Notes under the pieces: model-generated | Told to the model about the DNA's origin: nothing | The model's input: only the letters and a program-made list of their open reading frames with translations | Database searches by the model: none | Program-made: the position numbers and the translations under genes | In this document: in pieces, positions 46,220 to 59,465 of the stretch | Position numbering within the stretch: the stretch's first letter is position 1 | How the letters are laid out: every line of letters starts with the position of its first letter | Assembly (NCBI GenBank): GCA_977018835.1 | Contig: OZ361256.1 | Location: 5,704,001-5,768,000, forward strand | Direction: 5' to 3' | Source: Minutocellus sp. GHC0000111 | Lineage: Eukaryota | Length of the DNA stretch: 64,000 nt

Positions 46220-49200
46220 ATGATCCCCTCCTCAACTTCCAGGCGAACATGGTCGGCTACGGGAGCGGCGCTGCTCTGTCTCCTTTTGAGCACATGTGCC
46301 GCCGCCACCGATGATGCTGCCGCCGCCTCGTCCTCCAAGGTCAACAGCAGCAGCAAGAAGTGCCAGACCCTCCACACGTCCATGACGTACTCGCAGGACA
46401 AGGCCCCGAGGGACATCTCGGCGGTGGTGAGTCTTTGGCTCTATCGTGTTTGTTTTTGTATCGATCTGGCTGCATACTAGTACATACATGTGCCGGATTT
46501 GAACGGCAGGGCCCCCGCCCGCCGGGATCCTCTGAGCGCCAAGATTTATTGGCTGTCACATCATCGCATACAGCTGCCCACAATGCCCCCAAATCTCTTC
46601 CATTCAAACCAAACCCACCCTTTTACTCACCTACCGCTTCAACATCTGCCCGCCCCCCACTCCAATATTATTTAATTCCAGCTGCCCCAAATCGTCCAAA
46701 AGGTCAACGAGGCCCTCGAGGGCGTCGTCGACGTCGAGGTCAAGTGGGAGGGCGGAGAGCCCATGCACCGCCGCGTCGGGGAGCATCAGGTCGAGATGGA
46801 CGTCACCCGCCTCCTCTCCGCCGTCGGCAAGGACCGCTATTCAGAAAGTACCAGCAGCGACGCCGCCGCCAGCAGCACGACCCAGGACGAGTTTGGCCGC
46901 GACGTCATCACCCAGTGCTTCATCTTCCCCTTCCAAATCTTGGACACCGACGAGTGCACCCTGCCCGCTGGACATGTCATGCGCCACCGCTGCGCCGCCC
47001 CGTCCTACTGCGTCAACACCATCGGCTCGTACGAGTGCGTCTGTCCCGTCGGCGGTCGGGCCGCCGGTGGCAGCGACCCCCTGGGCAGCGGCAAGGTGGC
47101 CGACGACCAGTACTTTGCCGACCTGGCCTCCCAGAAGCGAACGGCGTGGGATCTGTCGCTGGCCTCCTCCAGCGCCTCATCCTGCCCGGGCAGTCCCTCC
47201 ACCCGCTCGTGCTGCCGCGACGGACAGTCCGGTTCGGCCGCCAGCGGCGACGACTGCCGGGCCGCCTTCCGCTGTCCCGTCGACCCGTGCGGCGCCTCGG
47301 GGGACAACGACTGCGCCTCGTCGGCCCGGTGCGTCCGGTCCGACTCCCCCCTCGATCGACCGCAGTACCAGTGTCCCAGTGGACTCATGGGCAATGGCAG
47401 GGCCTGCAGGAAGGGCGTCGATGCCAAGCCTCGGCCCATGGTCGAGTACGATGGGGTAACGCCGACTGCGGAAACGTTGCGGAATGACTTCTACTGTGGC
47501 TGTACCAAGCCCGTGGTGGATCCCTGTGCCGGCTTTCCCAAGTGCGAAGGTATGTAGGGTGAAGAGTGGTATGCTTTGGCGGAAATGTTTGTGTTTTGTT
47601 GGTGTATGGACAAAGGGAAAGAATGGAACTATTGGTATTGGGCCGAAGGAGTGTTATGCTGCGAACGATCTTGTCTTCGCATTTTATCATTGATTGTTGT
47701 ACTCGAATAACTCACACACTACCTTGCACCTCGTGCAAAATCAAAACTACAGAGAAGCACAAGGTTTGTACCGTCACCTCCGGCAATACTCCCATGTGCG
47801 CCTGCAAGCCCGGCTACGTCGAGGTGGATGGATGGGGATGCGTCGATGAGACGCCCCCTCTCCTCAAGCTCCGTCACGACCCGGAGACCAACGGCATCAA
47901 CCGCATCAAGCAGGGCGATCGCTGCGAGGAGCACGCCGTCGATATTGACGACGACAATGCCGAGCAGTACGCCCGTCAGCTCAAGATTACGTATTCCCGT
48001 CCCCTCCCGCCCGGTTGTCTGACGCACATTGGCCAGTTCCATGTCAACTACACCGTTGCCACTCCCTGGACCAACCCTCCCTTTGCCCGCGTGACTCGGA
48101 CGGTTGTTGTGGAGAACATCAACGAATGCTCCATCAACGTCGATCGGTACAAGACGCAGTGCCCCCAGCTCATTCCGCAGTGCGACATTGCCGCTGGAGC
48201 CGTCTGTGCCGACACCATTGGATCGTACACCTGCAAGTGTCCCCAGCATACCAGCGGTGATGGATTCCTCCCCATTCCCAACCTCGAGAAGGACGGAAGA
48301 GGACGGTACGTCGATGCTCCCGAGGGATACAGCGGCGGTACCAGTTGTCGGGATACCTCCAAGCCCGTTCTGGAGGTCGTGGGTCCCAACCCCAAGGTGT
48401 TCCGTGTGTGCAAGTGCGGTGGTCTCCGTGGCATCATGGGCGACAGCAACAAGGGTGGGGCCGATGATGACGTGCTCCAGCTTCAGGATGACCAGAGGAA
48501 GCATTATGAGGCCGATATCAAGGAGATGATCAAGCAGACTGCCGGTGCCGAGCTTTCGCTACCCACGCCCGGCCCAATCCTTCTCCGGCCGACTGTGTTC
48601 GAGCATCGGACCATACCTTCCGCGGTGTTGTGGATCTGAGCGATCGGGTTCTTATCGGTGAGCCGGTCAAGAAGGGCGATGGCATGTGGCGCATTCCGTA
48701 CGACGTTACCGACGATGCCGGCAACAAGGCCAAGACCGTGTACCGGACTATCCGTGTCGAGGAGATTGATCTGAATGATGTGGAGCGTCGTCTTCGGGAT
48801 GAGATCCTCGCTGACAAGCAGCGTGAGATCGATCGTGCAGTTTCTATTGCCGTCGAAAAGGAGCGTCGGAAGCAGCCCGTCCAAGCTGGTGCCGGATCGA
48901 AGAAGTGCCCTCCCTGTCCCGATTGCAATTGCCCCAAGACGAAGAATGGGCTCAGCGATGCGCAGTGCCAGGCCATGTGCGACGAGCGGATGAAGCGAGA
49001 AGGCGGCACCTGTGTCCCCGGCGACGAGCGAACTCTGCCCAAGGAGAACCTGCACCCCTTCCTTGGCGGTATTATTGATGCACTCGAGACCATGCTCTCT
49101 CCGACCATGCTCCTCATCATCTTCCTCGTTTCCTTCATGGCGTTGGTCCTAATCTTCCTTCAGCGTTTCGTCCAGGCCCTGGCCAATCCCCAGGGTTCTA

Positions 49201-49556
49201 TGTACTACACCAAGGAGGACGAAGAGCGCGAGCGGGCCATGCTCAACTCTGTATCTTACTACCGCTCGCCTGGTGGAGCTTCGACAGCGACCGCTGGGGC
49301 TACAGCCCGCACTCCAGGATCGGGCATCCCTTCCCGTTCGATGCTCAGTGGCGCTGCAGTAGGCAACGGCGTCTTTTCTCCTCCGGAAAATCGAATGTAC
49401 CAGCAAAGGGAGGTGTTTTCTCCCCAGCAGCAACAAGCAAACGTCGGTGGCGGTAGCATTTACAACTCAATGTCGCCCATCACCCCCTCCCGATCCAACG
49501 GCAGTGCGGTTGGTGCCGCAGGAGGCACCCCGTACAATCTCCGCCGGAGGTATTAG
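46220..49556 (+). pseudogene. Type-I membrane protein with calcium-binding EGF-like and HYR/DUF5011-like domains; one frameshift
   Basis: Signal peptide; exons 46220-46426, 46682-47549 and 47753-49556 (GT-AG). DTDEC...CVNTIGSYECVC and INEC...CADTIGSYTCKC; IPYDVTDDAGNKAKTVYRTIRV; TM LLIIFLVSFMALVLIFL. Adding one base at ~48556 (GAG CTT T[G]C GCT) joins the two ORFs. Confidence 0.75.
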
Positions 49557-50226
49557 AAATTATCATCAGTCGCCATTTCGGCATGACTTTTTCTTCTTTT
49601 GGGGGGTATGTTTATCATCAGGATCTAGCTATCTGGCGGGGGGGGGGGTTAGAACTGAATCCATTACGTACGATTGATGCGGAGTGCCGAGAAGGATGCA
49701 CGGGATTTCTCTTCGGGCCATCTCTGACGACTTTTTCGTATCTCTCTATCTCAAGCTCGTAGATATCTTTGATAGACTAACGTTAGTACGTAGCTACAAC
49801 TGGCAATATTTGTGTGACCGCCTACATCAACTAACTCACCTACCTAGGTACATTTACATGTACTTCGTAGCTAGTAGCTACGTAGCTTAGGTCACTGAGC
49901 TTACATGTACCGCAAAGCTCTTTCTTATGCAGACTACCTACTAGACTAGTACTAGGTACGTGGTGAATGGAGTAGCAACATACAGCTGTAGAAAAACCTT
50001 TTATGATTAGCTGTGTAATAACGGTGTTTATACCCTGTTTGGCCGAGGATGCCGACACAATGCAAAAGAGTATGCTAAAAACTACAAGTCATCTTTCTCC
50101 TTGAGTGAGAGGGATTTCACCTCTTTGAATTCAGCCAACGTTTGCGATGGGCACATTGTCTTCTCTCTCCTTCTTACATGCACTGCTAGCTAGCTAGTCG
50201 ATTGCTAGCTACTTAGTAGGGCAACG

Positions 50227-52874
50227 TTACCAGTCAAACTTCTCCACGGCAATTCCCATGCCGTACTTCTTGGTAATATCCTTCAGTTTGCCCTCGATGG
50301 CGCCTGAAGCTCCGCAGTAAAAGATGGACCAGTCTTTGAGAGGACGGTCTTTCTCCATCGACAGTTCTACGAGATATTTCACGTCTTCGTCATCTCCAAA
50401 TGAGCTCGGTGAACCCTCCTCTCCACCCTCCTCGGGAACGCAGTCCATCAAGTTATTTTTACTCGAGTGACGGCTGGAAGCATCGGTCGAATGAAGGGTT
50501 TTGCAGCTTGCAGTTCTCGACATTCCCCTCAATATCTTCTTCTCGACGTCGTCATCGGCGGTTGTGGTGCCATTTGAGCCATTTGAGTTTACCATGTCCA
50601 GAAAAGCTTCAAACTCCTCTCTGTCGATTTCGCCGCTGCCATCTGCATCAACCTGATTATACAGGTCCTCAAGATCGCTGCTACTGTACTCTCCGATGCC
50701 TCCGAGGAATTCTGAAATCATGGCTTCAAGACCTTCGCGGCTGATGAGGTCCCCGCCTTCGTCGACAGGAGATACAGTGGTTAGATTACTGGGTTGATTT
50801 GACCCAGCAGCTCCCTTACGGCGACGGACGGTTCCATTATTTTTGCCTCGAGAATGTCCGAGGGCCAGACTCCGGCGTTCTCCAGTGGCAGCAGTGAGAG
50901 GACCACCTTCAATATCCTGGGTCTTCAAGTTGGCTTCTTCAGTTTTCTCAACGGCATACTTGAACATTTCGTCTCTGGAATACATTGTGCAGACACGCCC
51001 CAGGGCAATCTTGATGCGAAGCTCCAAGGGGACGTCTATTCATTCAACAGGAAGTGCATGTAAATCAAAGATAAAGGTACAGCAGAGATGGAATAGATTA
51101 ATGACGTTGGTGGACGCACACACGATGAATAGTACATGTGATACTAGAGTATATTCAAGCAAATATTGAAGCATCATAATCTTACCTGCAAGCTCGGCCT
51201 GCTCTCGATACATTTCCTCGGGTAGATCCTCACCGCTCTCGATGGTCGACACGATTCCAGCAACAATCCTCTCTAATTCAGGTCGAGTGCGGAAAATAAA
51301 GAAGTTGGCCGGGACGTTCTTAGGGAGGACAAGCTCACGCTTACCGGTGTAAAAAATCATAGCAAAGGCGAACTGTGTAATGGAAGCCAAATCGACCTTG
51401 TGGAGGAAATACTCCACAAGACCCGGGTCACGGCACACCCAGACGATGTTGATGCGCTTCGTACCAACGTAGGATTGCATAAGGGAGAGTGTAGGGGTAA
51501 TACCGATGCCAGATGCAACAGCAATAGCATTTCTTGTTTTTATAGCACGATCAGAAAAAGACGACAGAAATGGGCCGACGATGTTCACGGGCTTGCTGAC
51601 GGGTGCTTGGATAATCTCGTATAGCTGCTTGGTCCAGTCTCCTGCCGTACCGAGACATAGCATGGAGTGATTTGGCTCGGAGGGATAGGGGAAGAGGGTA
51701 AACGCATGCCATTGATATTTGCTGGATATAAAGGGCGATCGAGGAGGGTTCCACAAAGTAGTTTATACAATGAATAGGTGTGTGAAGAGGGGAGAAGTCG
51801 AATCGAATTGGAATATCACAATATTACAATGTCACCTCAAAGTGTCAGGCCTACATGTAATGCATGTATCGATCCTGTCAAAGACAACTCACCTAATCCA
51901 ATGACACATGATGTAAACATAGGAAGTCTTGGTGCAGTCAAAACCTTTTGGATTCTCAAAATGACATACAACGCCTCTCTCACCATATCTCTCGAAGATT
52001 ACCGTGTCGACAATGTTCAGTCTCAGGAAAAGACCGGCGACGTAGTCGGCAGCGTAGACAGCAGCAGGATGAGCCAGTAGATCCGGTTCGGGGCGTGGTA
52101 AAGCAAAGCGATGGCCCACACCCAGGACAGGTAATGGAGGCCCTTTCTGATTTCGAACCGAAGCCGCTTCTTGAGGGATGGGAGGGCCATCGGCCAAACG
52201 ATCAGAGGGGTCGCGAGCATAGCCGTCAGGCCGGAGATTCCCGTTGCCGTCGTGGTCAAGAGGCGAATGTCGCCATCCCGCAGCGCCCAGCGCAAAATAT
52301 GGAAGGAGTGGGACATCGTCTCAATACCAACTACAACGCCAAATATGTTGTGGATGTGGTGCATGTCACCGAAGTCGACCCACCAGCGGAAGATTGTGTT
52401 GCGAAGGAGATTGTTGAGGTTGCGAGCCTTGCTCAAAAACATCATCATGTAGAGAGGATAGTCGAAGAAGGCAGACGCGCGCGCGAGGGCCAGAAGGGCC
52501 ATGTAGAGCCGGGTATCAGCGCAGATGGTGGCGCGGGGACAAACACACATGGCCATGCCATCCTGGCATCCGTCGGAGAAGGGCTGCTTGGCGACCTCGG
52601 CCGATGGCTGTCGCATGCCGAATGGGGGTGGGAGTAGAACCTGCAGAAGGCAGACGACCAAGCTGATGACGCTGAAGATGAAAATGGCATGCAACCACTG
52701 CACCTCGGCCTTCTTGTCGGAGTACCACTTGGCGAGTCGAACGTTCAATGGGTCCCTCGCAACCTTGAGTTGTGCCTTCTTCGGCGCCTTTGAATTCGCG
52801 AAGAGAGTTCGGGAGGAAGGGATAGCTCTAGTCAGAGCCAGCTCCGATCTTTTGTCAGAATCGGGCCCGCACAT
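50227..52874 (-). pseudogene. Ferric reductase/NADPH oxidase-like flavocytochrome with an EF-hand in the C-terminal region; frameshifted
   Basis: Heme-His helices (HHIHNIFG...SHSFH; LHYL...LYH), WIS|KYQWHAFT, GDWT, GPF, ASGIGITP, WVCRD, FYCG, EKFDW. Introns 51892-51722 and 51185-51036 are in frame; frame break at ~52068. EF-hand DADGSGEIDREE. Start uncertain. Confidence 0.8.
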
Positions 52875-54833
52875 ATCTGAGTGTCTGAATATGCTCACGA
52901 GCTCGTCTAGCTACGTACGTAGTAAGTAGAAGAATCAAAAGTAATGAAGAGAAGCCGAGAAGACGTCGATGGCGAGCTACTCCACTGCTAGCTACGTAGA
53001 ATGTTTTGCAAAGGCGTAGCCACAGACAACAAAATGGCTGGTTGACTGCTACCCCCGCTACCGCATTTCTTTGTTCGTGGCGTCATCGTGCCGTGCGTGG
53101 CGCACTACCAGGACACACGGGCGATGGACAGACCGTTTCTCATGCTTCGCACGCGTTGTGTCCAAGAGCGAAATTTACGTGTGATTTCTCGTCGGGTTGT
53201 GCATCGTGTGCAAAGGCATCATAAAAGTTTTTCTGCGCTGTAGATAAAAGATTCAAAGAACATTCACACATCAACAGTCATGACACTAAAAACATGTTAT
53301 GTAACCACTAAAATAAACTTCACCCGACATCCGACCGGGAGACCTCTGGAGCCACTGCTGCCTGCCGCGTTTCTCTGTGCGGTGCGTGGCGGCTTCTTCG
53401 ACCGCTGATGCCGTTTTGTGCAACCCCTAACAAAAAGGTCAAAGTGGTTTTTGAGTTGAACAACAACAAGTAACCGCCCTCGGGCAAATTGCTTCGCAGT
53501 TTGCACCCTCGGTCACATTAACAACGCCCTTCGCAATGTTTTTGCGAGCTCGAGCGAAAAACATTAAACACACATCAGGGTCGTTGTTGCACATGTAAGC
53601 AAATGAGTGGGATTGCCGCAAGAGCTTTCTCAATGACGTCGGACAATCGCGTGTTTTTGTCATGTGCATAAATTTTTAGCTAGGCCTACGTGTGCGCTGA
53701 GATGCACCCTCCGCGGCAGGTCATTTGCTGGCTCTGTGTGAATCAACCTCTCGCGCGACGGCGTAGCTAGCCAGCTAGCTACACAGAAGACATGTGGATT
53801 CCTACATTTCCACTTCGCCGACGCCACACGCAGGGCGACGGCAGGTCATTCTGAGTTGCGGAACAGGCCGTCAGCTGCACATGCATGTGGGAATTCCTAG
53901 GCCATTATTTTCTGTTCATGCATCGTCTTGGCGGGTCTGGGAGCTGAGTCTGGGGCGGTCCAGTTAGTCAGGTCGAGAGGTTAGGTGTTGAGGCGTTTGA
54001 TGCACGTCTTGCTACTACTTGTAGATACTTTCTACTGTGGCTGCCGCAGTCTAGCTACGTAGTAACACATGTGCTACATGCATTGTGCTGCTCTTGCTTT
54101 GGCGGAAACGTGCGTGTTGCTGGCTAAAAATTCCTGCCTGACTACGAAGCTTGCTCTAACTAAATGTGCGTAGCTCTCCCCCGCTTGTCAGCATGCTCGA
54201 CTCGGACTGTCACTATTTCCTCGGGGGAAGTGGAGATGAAGACGACTTGATTGGCATTCCGGGCATGTGGCCTCCTGACGTACAACACGGAAGCACTGAT
54301 GAGGATCGCAGAGATGAATATGCCAAGGAACTATTGAAGAACCTTCCAATTGATGTTGTTGTCGCGACCGCGTTGTTACTATTTGGTCTGTGGCGTTAAC
54401 CATTCCAGACAAGATTGGCCATCAGCTACATTGCTACATAAGTAACATATTAGAGTTCTCAGTAGAGACATTAGAGAAACCCAGCCCCAATTCTGGCCCA
54501 GGACACCAGAGCAAATGCAAATACATGTTGCTTGCGCACTAATCACACAATCTTCATTTACATGTGCATGTGTTTGGTAGACTAAAAATCGTAGCTATTT
54601 CAATATCGTAACAATTAATTCTGATAACACAGTATAATAACGCTGTTCACACATATTCACATATTTTTGCCGTGGACACTGACACAATGCATGCATGCAA
54701 TTTGTCGGCGATTTTGCGGGGTATCAAAGCCCTCGTTTCACTGTTCTCTTTTGACTGCTTCCTTCTTTTTTTAGATCCAGCTGCTAGCCTCGATGGCATA
54801 AACCAATAAATTTGGAATAGATCTACAACTGAG

Positions 54834-56012
54834 CTAGTATGGAAACAAATCTCCGACAATGCAGGCACCCCCCCAACCGCATTGATACTGTGGAGATGAG
54901 TGTTGTTTGATGAAATCGGAGGAGGCGCACACATACGCGGGGCCGCCATTATAGTAGGGGCCTTCGTAGCTGGAAGAGTCGCCATCACCGTACCAAACAG
55001 GCCCCCATCTACCATCATCCATTATCTTGGAATCCTTGGCACATCTTGAGTTCATCGCTTTATTGCAGCACGGCCGGCAGCAATTCCCGGTACCAAGCAC
55101 CACAGAGTCGAGGAATACGGAGCACGTGTCAAAAACGACGGTGTCGTCTTCACCGAAGAATTCATCGAGGCTGACGATGCTTGCCTGTTCCTCGCTCTGG
55201 CTGAGCTGGTAGACCTTCCGGCCACTCTCCTCGTCGTCAAAGACGGCATCGACAAAGATGGAAACCAGAGGCCCCTCAAAGGCCTTGGTATCGCTGTGAC
55301 GGAAGGTGATGGCACCGTTGGGTCTGCCCCCCGAGGACTGATCAAAGGTGTCGTCGAAGTCACGGAAGAAGCCGGACGTGGGCAGAATCCCCGCCGACCG
55401 GAGGGGGCGGTCCGAGAAGCGGTATGTGTCGTCGTCGATGTCGAAGGAGGACCACACGTACTTGGTCGTTCCCTTGGACTTGCTCTCCTTCCGACGGAGC
55501 TTGCAGGATTTGGCCATCTGCACAAAGAGGTCACCAGGACCGGAGCTGGCGGCATCTGCGGCGGAGGAGAGCAGCTTTTCGATCTCGGAGGACGCCGCCT
55601 CCAGCTTTTCTTCGCACGTCGTTGCGCCCTCCTCGTCCTCGAAGGCAAGGCGACGGAGGCCATTCGTCGTTGTTGTGCTGGTACTAGCAGTAGTAGGATC
55701 ATCACGAGTAGTAGTAGTAGCAGTAGCAGTAGCAGCAGCAGTAGCAGCACGTGTAGTAGCCCCCTGGGCGAGCATGTCGCCAGCAGTGGCCACGACGGCG
55801 GCATCGCGCTGAGCCTGGAACCGTCCAGAGACTTCCTGCAGCTGCGAGTGGAAGGCGACGAAGTGTCCGAGGGACATCCCGGGGGGATCTTCTTGTGCTG
55901 AGCCGAGAAAGTTGGCCTCATGCTGCTGCTGCTCATCGGCGACGACAGCAGCAGCAGTAGCTGACGAGGTGCCGGAGAGAGCCAAGAACAGGGCGCCGGT
56001 GTAAAGCTTCAT
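54834..56012 (-). CDS. Secreted hypothetical protein with low-complexity stalk, an LFVQ...FSDRPxR...PNGA domain and a Cys-rich tail
   Basis: Signal peptide MKLYTGALFLALSGTSSA from ATG 56012; Ala/Thr repeat; open frame to TAG 54834. Confidence 0.65.
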   Translation of the reverse strand: MKLYTGALFLALSGTSSATAAAVVADEQQQHEANFLGSAQEDPPGMSLGHFVAFHSQLQEVSGRFQAQRDAAVVATAGDMLAQGATTRAATAAATATATTTTRDDPTTASTSTTTTNGLRRLAFEDEEGATTCEEKLEAASSEIEKLLSSAADAASSGPGDLFVQMAKSCKLRRKESKSKGTTKYVWSSFDIDDDTYRFSDRPLRSAGILPTSGFFRDFDDTFDQSSGGRPNGAITFRHSDTKAFEGPLVSIFVDAVFDDEESGRKVYQLSQSEEQASIVSLDEFFGEDDTVVFDTCSVFLDSVVLGTGNCCRPCCNKAMNSRCAKDSKIMDDGRWGPVWYGDGDSSSYEGPYYNGGPAYVCASSDFIKQHSSPQYQCGWGGACIVGDLFPY

Positions 56013-56388
56013 GCTGCTTTTTTTTATGAAGTTGCCACGCAGTGAGTTCGACGAGAGTACTTCAAGTAAGACTGATTGCCCTGTTGCTGTGTGGCTGTGA
56101 CCTGCCACAGCTGTGAACACCGCAGTCACAGAATGAGTGCGCCATCAACGCAACAATCCAGCAAGCAAACCACATCTGCAATCTGCCGCCCTCTTTCGTG
56201 ATTTGTTTGCATGCAGCAGCACTCAAGGCGTGTCTTTTTGGCGTGTGCGTCAAGTGGTCGAGCGAGTCGAGTCGAAGCGACCAGAACCGGACTGCAGGAC
56301 AGACGAGCGAAATCTCCTCGGCCAAAAAAACTCGACTGTCACATCTTGCTTCCCTCATTTCTCGCCAGCTCCAAGACAAAGTCCAACC

Positions 56389-59325
56389 ATGGCCGCCAAG
56401 GGCAAGAAGAAGCCAGCCGCCTCCTCCAAGAAGGGAGGTGGCGCCGGCAAAAAGTCCAAGAAGCAGCAAGAGGAACCGATCGTCGAGGAGGATTCCACCG
56501 ACGCCGACGACGAGTCCTCCGTGTACGACTCTGGCGACGACGGGGTCTACCCCGACCAGCAGCTTGGAGATGATGACGACGACGAAGATGAAGACGAGTA
56601 CTCCTCCGAGGAAGACGATGGAGATTACGAGAGCGAGGAGGAGGGCATTGACGGGGAGAGCGGGGCCGATGATGACGAGTTTGACAGCGAGGAGGAGGAC
56701 GGCGAAGGATTCGAGGAGCAGGGATCGTCCGATGAGGACGAGATTGAGGTTCTGAAGCGTCAGGCCAAGGCGGTCGATCGCAAGAGCAAGGGCAAAAAGG
56801 CGGGCAAGGGAGGCTCAAAGAACAATAATGCCGACAACGATGACGATGACAGCGACGACGATGGTCTGGAGGTACTGGACAGCGAGGGACTTGGCAAGGC
56901 ATACGAGAACGTACCACGCACATGGAGGGATTCGTCCGCCGCCAAGACCAAGCGTACAGCCGGTGGCAAGTCCAAAAAGTCGTCCACCTCAAAAGATGGT
57001 TCAGGCGACGACGAAAACAACGCCACTAATAACAACGATCCAGTCACCTCCCAGTGGATGCACACCGACGATCTGTCCAGCGACGACGAGGATGCCGACG
57101 GCACCGGCAATCGCATCGGCCGCGTCCCCCTCCACTGGTATGAGGATTACGACCACATTGGATACGACGCCCATGGTGGCAAGGTGATCAAGCAGGGCGG
57201 TGCCGGTGGAGGCGGCGATATGCTCGACGAGGCCATTCGACAGTCGGACAATAGGGCCAGTGGCAAGTTTGTGGTCCACGATGCTCTCAACGCGCGGGAT
57301 GTGGAACTGACTCCCAGACAAATTGAGCTCATTCGGCGCATCCAATCGGGTGAGTTGCATTTTCATTTATTTTTCTTTGCAATAGCGCTTCCAATGGTAC
57401 GGTTGGAGATGCATTTCTAGTTTTGGTCAAAACACATTTATATTCTCACGCTTTCATGTTTTCACAACCCCCATCTTGACGCAACAGGTGCATTCGCTCA
57501 TCCGGAGCACGATGGCAATGCCGAATACATTGATTACTTCTCGGGCGTGGACAAGGAGATATCGGGCATCAATTCCGACCGACACGAGCCCAAGGCTCGG
57601 TTCCAGCCCTCCAAATTTGAGAAGCTGCAGGTCCGTCGTCTCCTCCACCGACTCAAGTGCGGTTCGATCAACATGGACTTTCTCGAGGGCAAGGTTCGCG
57701 ACATGAACGACCTCAAAAAGAACAAGGAGGAGGAGAGCGATGCTCCCCGTTTGCTGTGGAAGGGCGACGAGGAGGACGAGCTCGCATTGCGCAAGGGACC
57801 GCAGCACATCGCCGCGCCCAAGGTCCCGCCGCCGGGCCATGCCGAATAGTACATTCCGCCCGATGAGTATCTGCCGACCGAGGAAGATCTCAAGGAATGG
57901 GCCGAGATGGATGTCAAGGACCGTCCTCATGGTCTGCTCATTCCCAAGAAGCATCCCAACCTCCGATCGGTGGGATCCTACGCTCACAGTGTCCGCGAGC
58001 GATTTGAACGCTGCTTGGATCTGTACCTTTGTCCTCGTGCCATGAAGCGACGGCTAAATATCGACCCGGAGAGTTTGGTCCCATCGATCCCCCGTGCGGC
58101 TGATCTTCGACCCTTCCCGACGGCCAGGGCTGTCCGGTATGAAACTCCTGTTGCCGAGGGAGAGGAGCCACCAATGATCCGCTGTCTATCGGTCAGTCCC
58201 AATGGCCAGTTCCTTGCCAGTGGAGCCAGTGATGGGTATGTTCGACTTTGGGAAGTGCAAACGAGCCGCCTCTTGCGTTCTTGGGATGTCTCGGCTTTGG
58301 CTGATGGTAAGGCCGGTGGCGAAGATGACAATGGCGAGGATGAGGACGAGTCTGAATCCAAGGACAGCAATGCCCCCAAGCCCGTTGTAGCTTTGGAATG
58401 GAATCCCAACGGATCTCATCACTGTCTTCTTGCTGCTGTCGGAAAGTGCACAGTTGTCATTGCAACAGGAACCGGTGGTGCTGATGACGTCGATCTCAAT
58501 GAAGCGCTTTTGAGCGCCGCCGCTTCCTGCAAGGGAGGCGGTAATATCAAGAATGCCAAGGCAGCCAAGGCTGTCTCTTGGGCACCCGTGAAACAGCAGG
58601 CTGGTTCGGCCTCTTCGAAGCCCGTCAGCGCCTTTGGCGGTGTCACCGGTCCCATTTGTCTGCTTCGCACGAACAAGGAGGTAACATACATCCGTTGGCA
58701 TCGGAAGGGCGACTACTTCGTTACAGTTTTCCCCAAGTTCGGAGCTGCGTCAGTATTGATTCACCAGCTAAGCAAGGCTAGCTCGCAGCAGCCCTTTGGT
58801 AAGGCACCCAAGGGAGGTGACGTTCAGTGCGCATGCTTCCACCCGAATAAGCCATTCTTGTTTGTCGCGACCCCGCAGCATGTCCGAGTTTACCACCTCA
58901 TCAAGCAAGCCATGGTGAAACGTTTGCTCTCTGGCTGCCGATGGATCTCGTCCATTGATGTTCACCCGTCTGGCGATCATGTGATCATTGGCAGTCTTGA
59001 CCGTAGGTTGGTCTGGTTTGACTTGGATCTTGGCGATACGCCGTATAAAACTCTCAAATACAACGAGCGTGCCATCCGTTCGGCTTCGTTCCACAACCGC
59101 TACCCACTGATGGCGTCCGCGTCCGACGATGGCACTGTCAATGTTTACCATGCCATGGTATACTCTGACTTGATGCGCAATCCTCTTCTGGTACCTGTCA
59201 AGGTTCTCAGAGGCCACAAGGTGGTAAAGAAGTTTGGTGTCCTGGCGTCAGTGTTCCATCCCACTCAGCCATGGTTGTTTTCGGCCGGATCGGATGGCAA
59301 CATCCATCTTTATCAGGATATCTAA
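56389..59325 (+). pseudogene. BOP1: Ribosome biogenesis protein BOP1/Erb1 with an in-frame TAG
   Basis: Acidic N-terminus, NRIGRVPLHWYEDYDHIGYD, intron 57350-57487, PPPGHAE*YIPPDEYL (the conserved motif is HAESYNPP), ERFERCLDLYLCPR, WD40 repeats ending FHPTQPWLFSAGSDG. TAG at 57847-57849. Confidence 0.9.
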
Positions 59326-59465
59326 GAAGCAAAATAAATAATTTCTTGCTTGCACTTTACAAATAAGATAGAATGCTTGCTACTAGTAGGTAGATTTTAA
59401 GAGCATAAACATAACCAATGCTAAATTAATTCATTCAAAGGCATTACCACTGTAGCCAGTACGGA

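Noticed and set aside
54166..54399. 77-aa ORF as a gene
   Set aside because: No ATG start and no recognisable motif, and it lies in repeat-like debris; at most a gene fragment.
57847..57849. Stop-codon reassignment or programmed readthrough to explain the in-frame TAG in BOP1 and the TAA at 36474
   Set aside because: TAA and TAG both terminate intact genes in this window. The BOP1 TAG sits where Ser is expected (one change from TCG), and frameshifts and deletions co-occur, so mutation or error is simpler.
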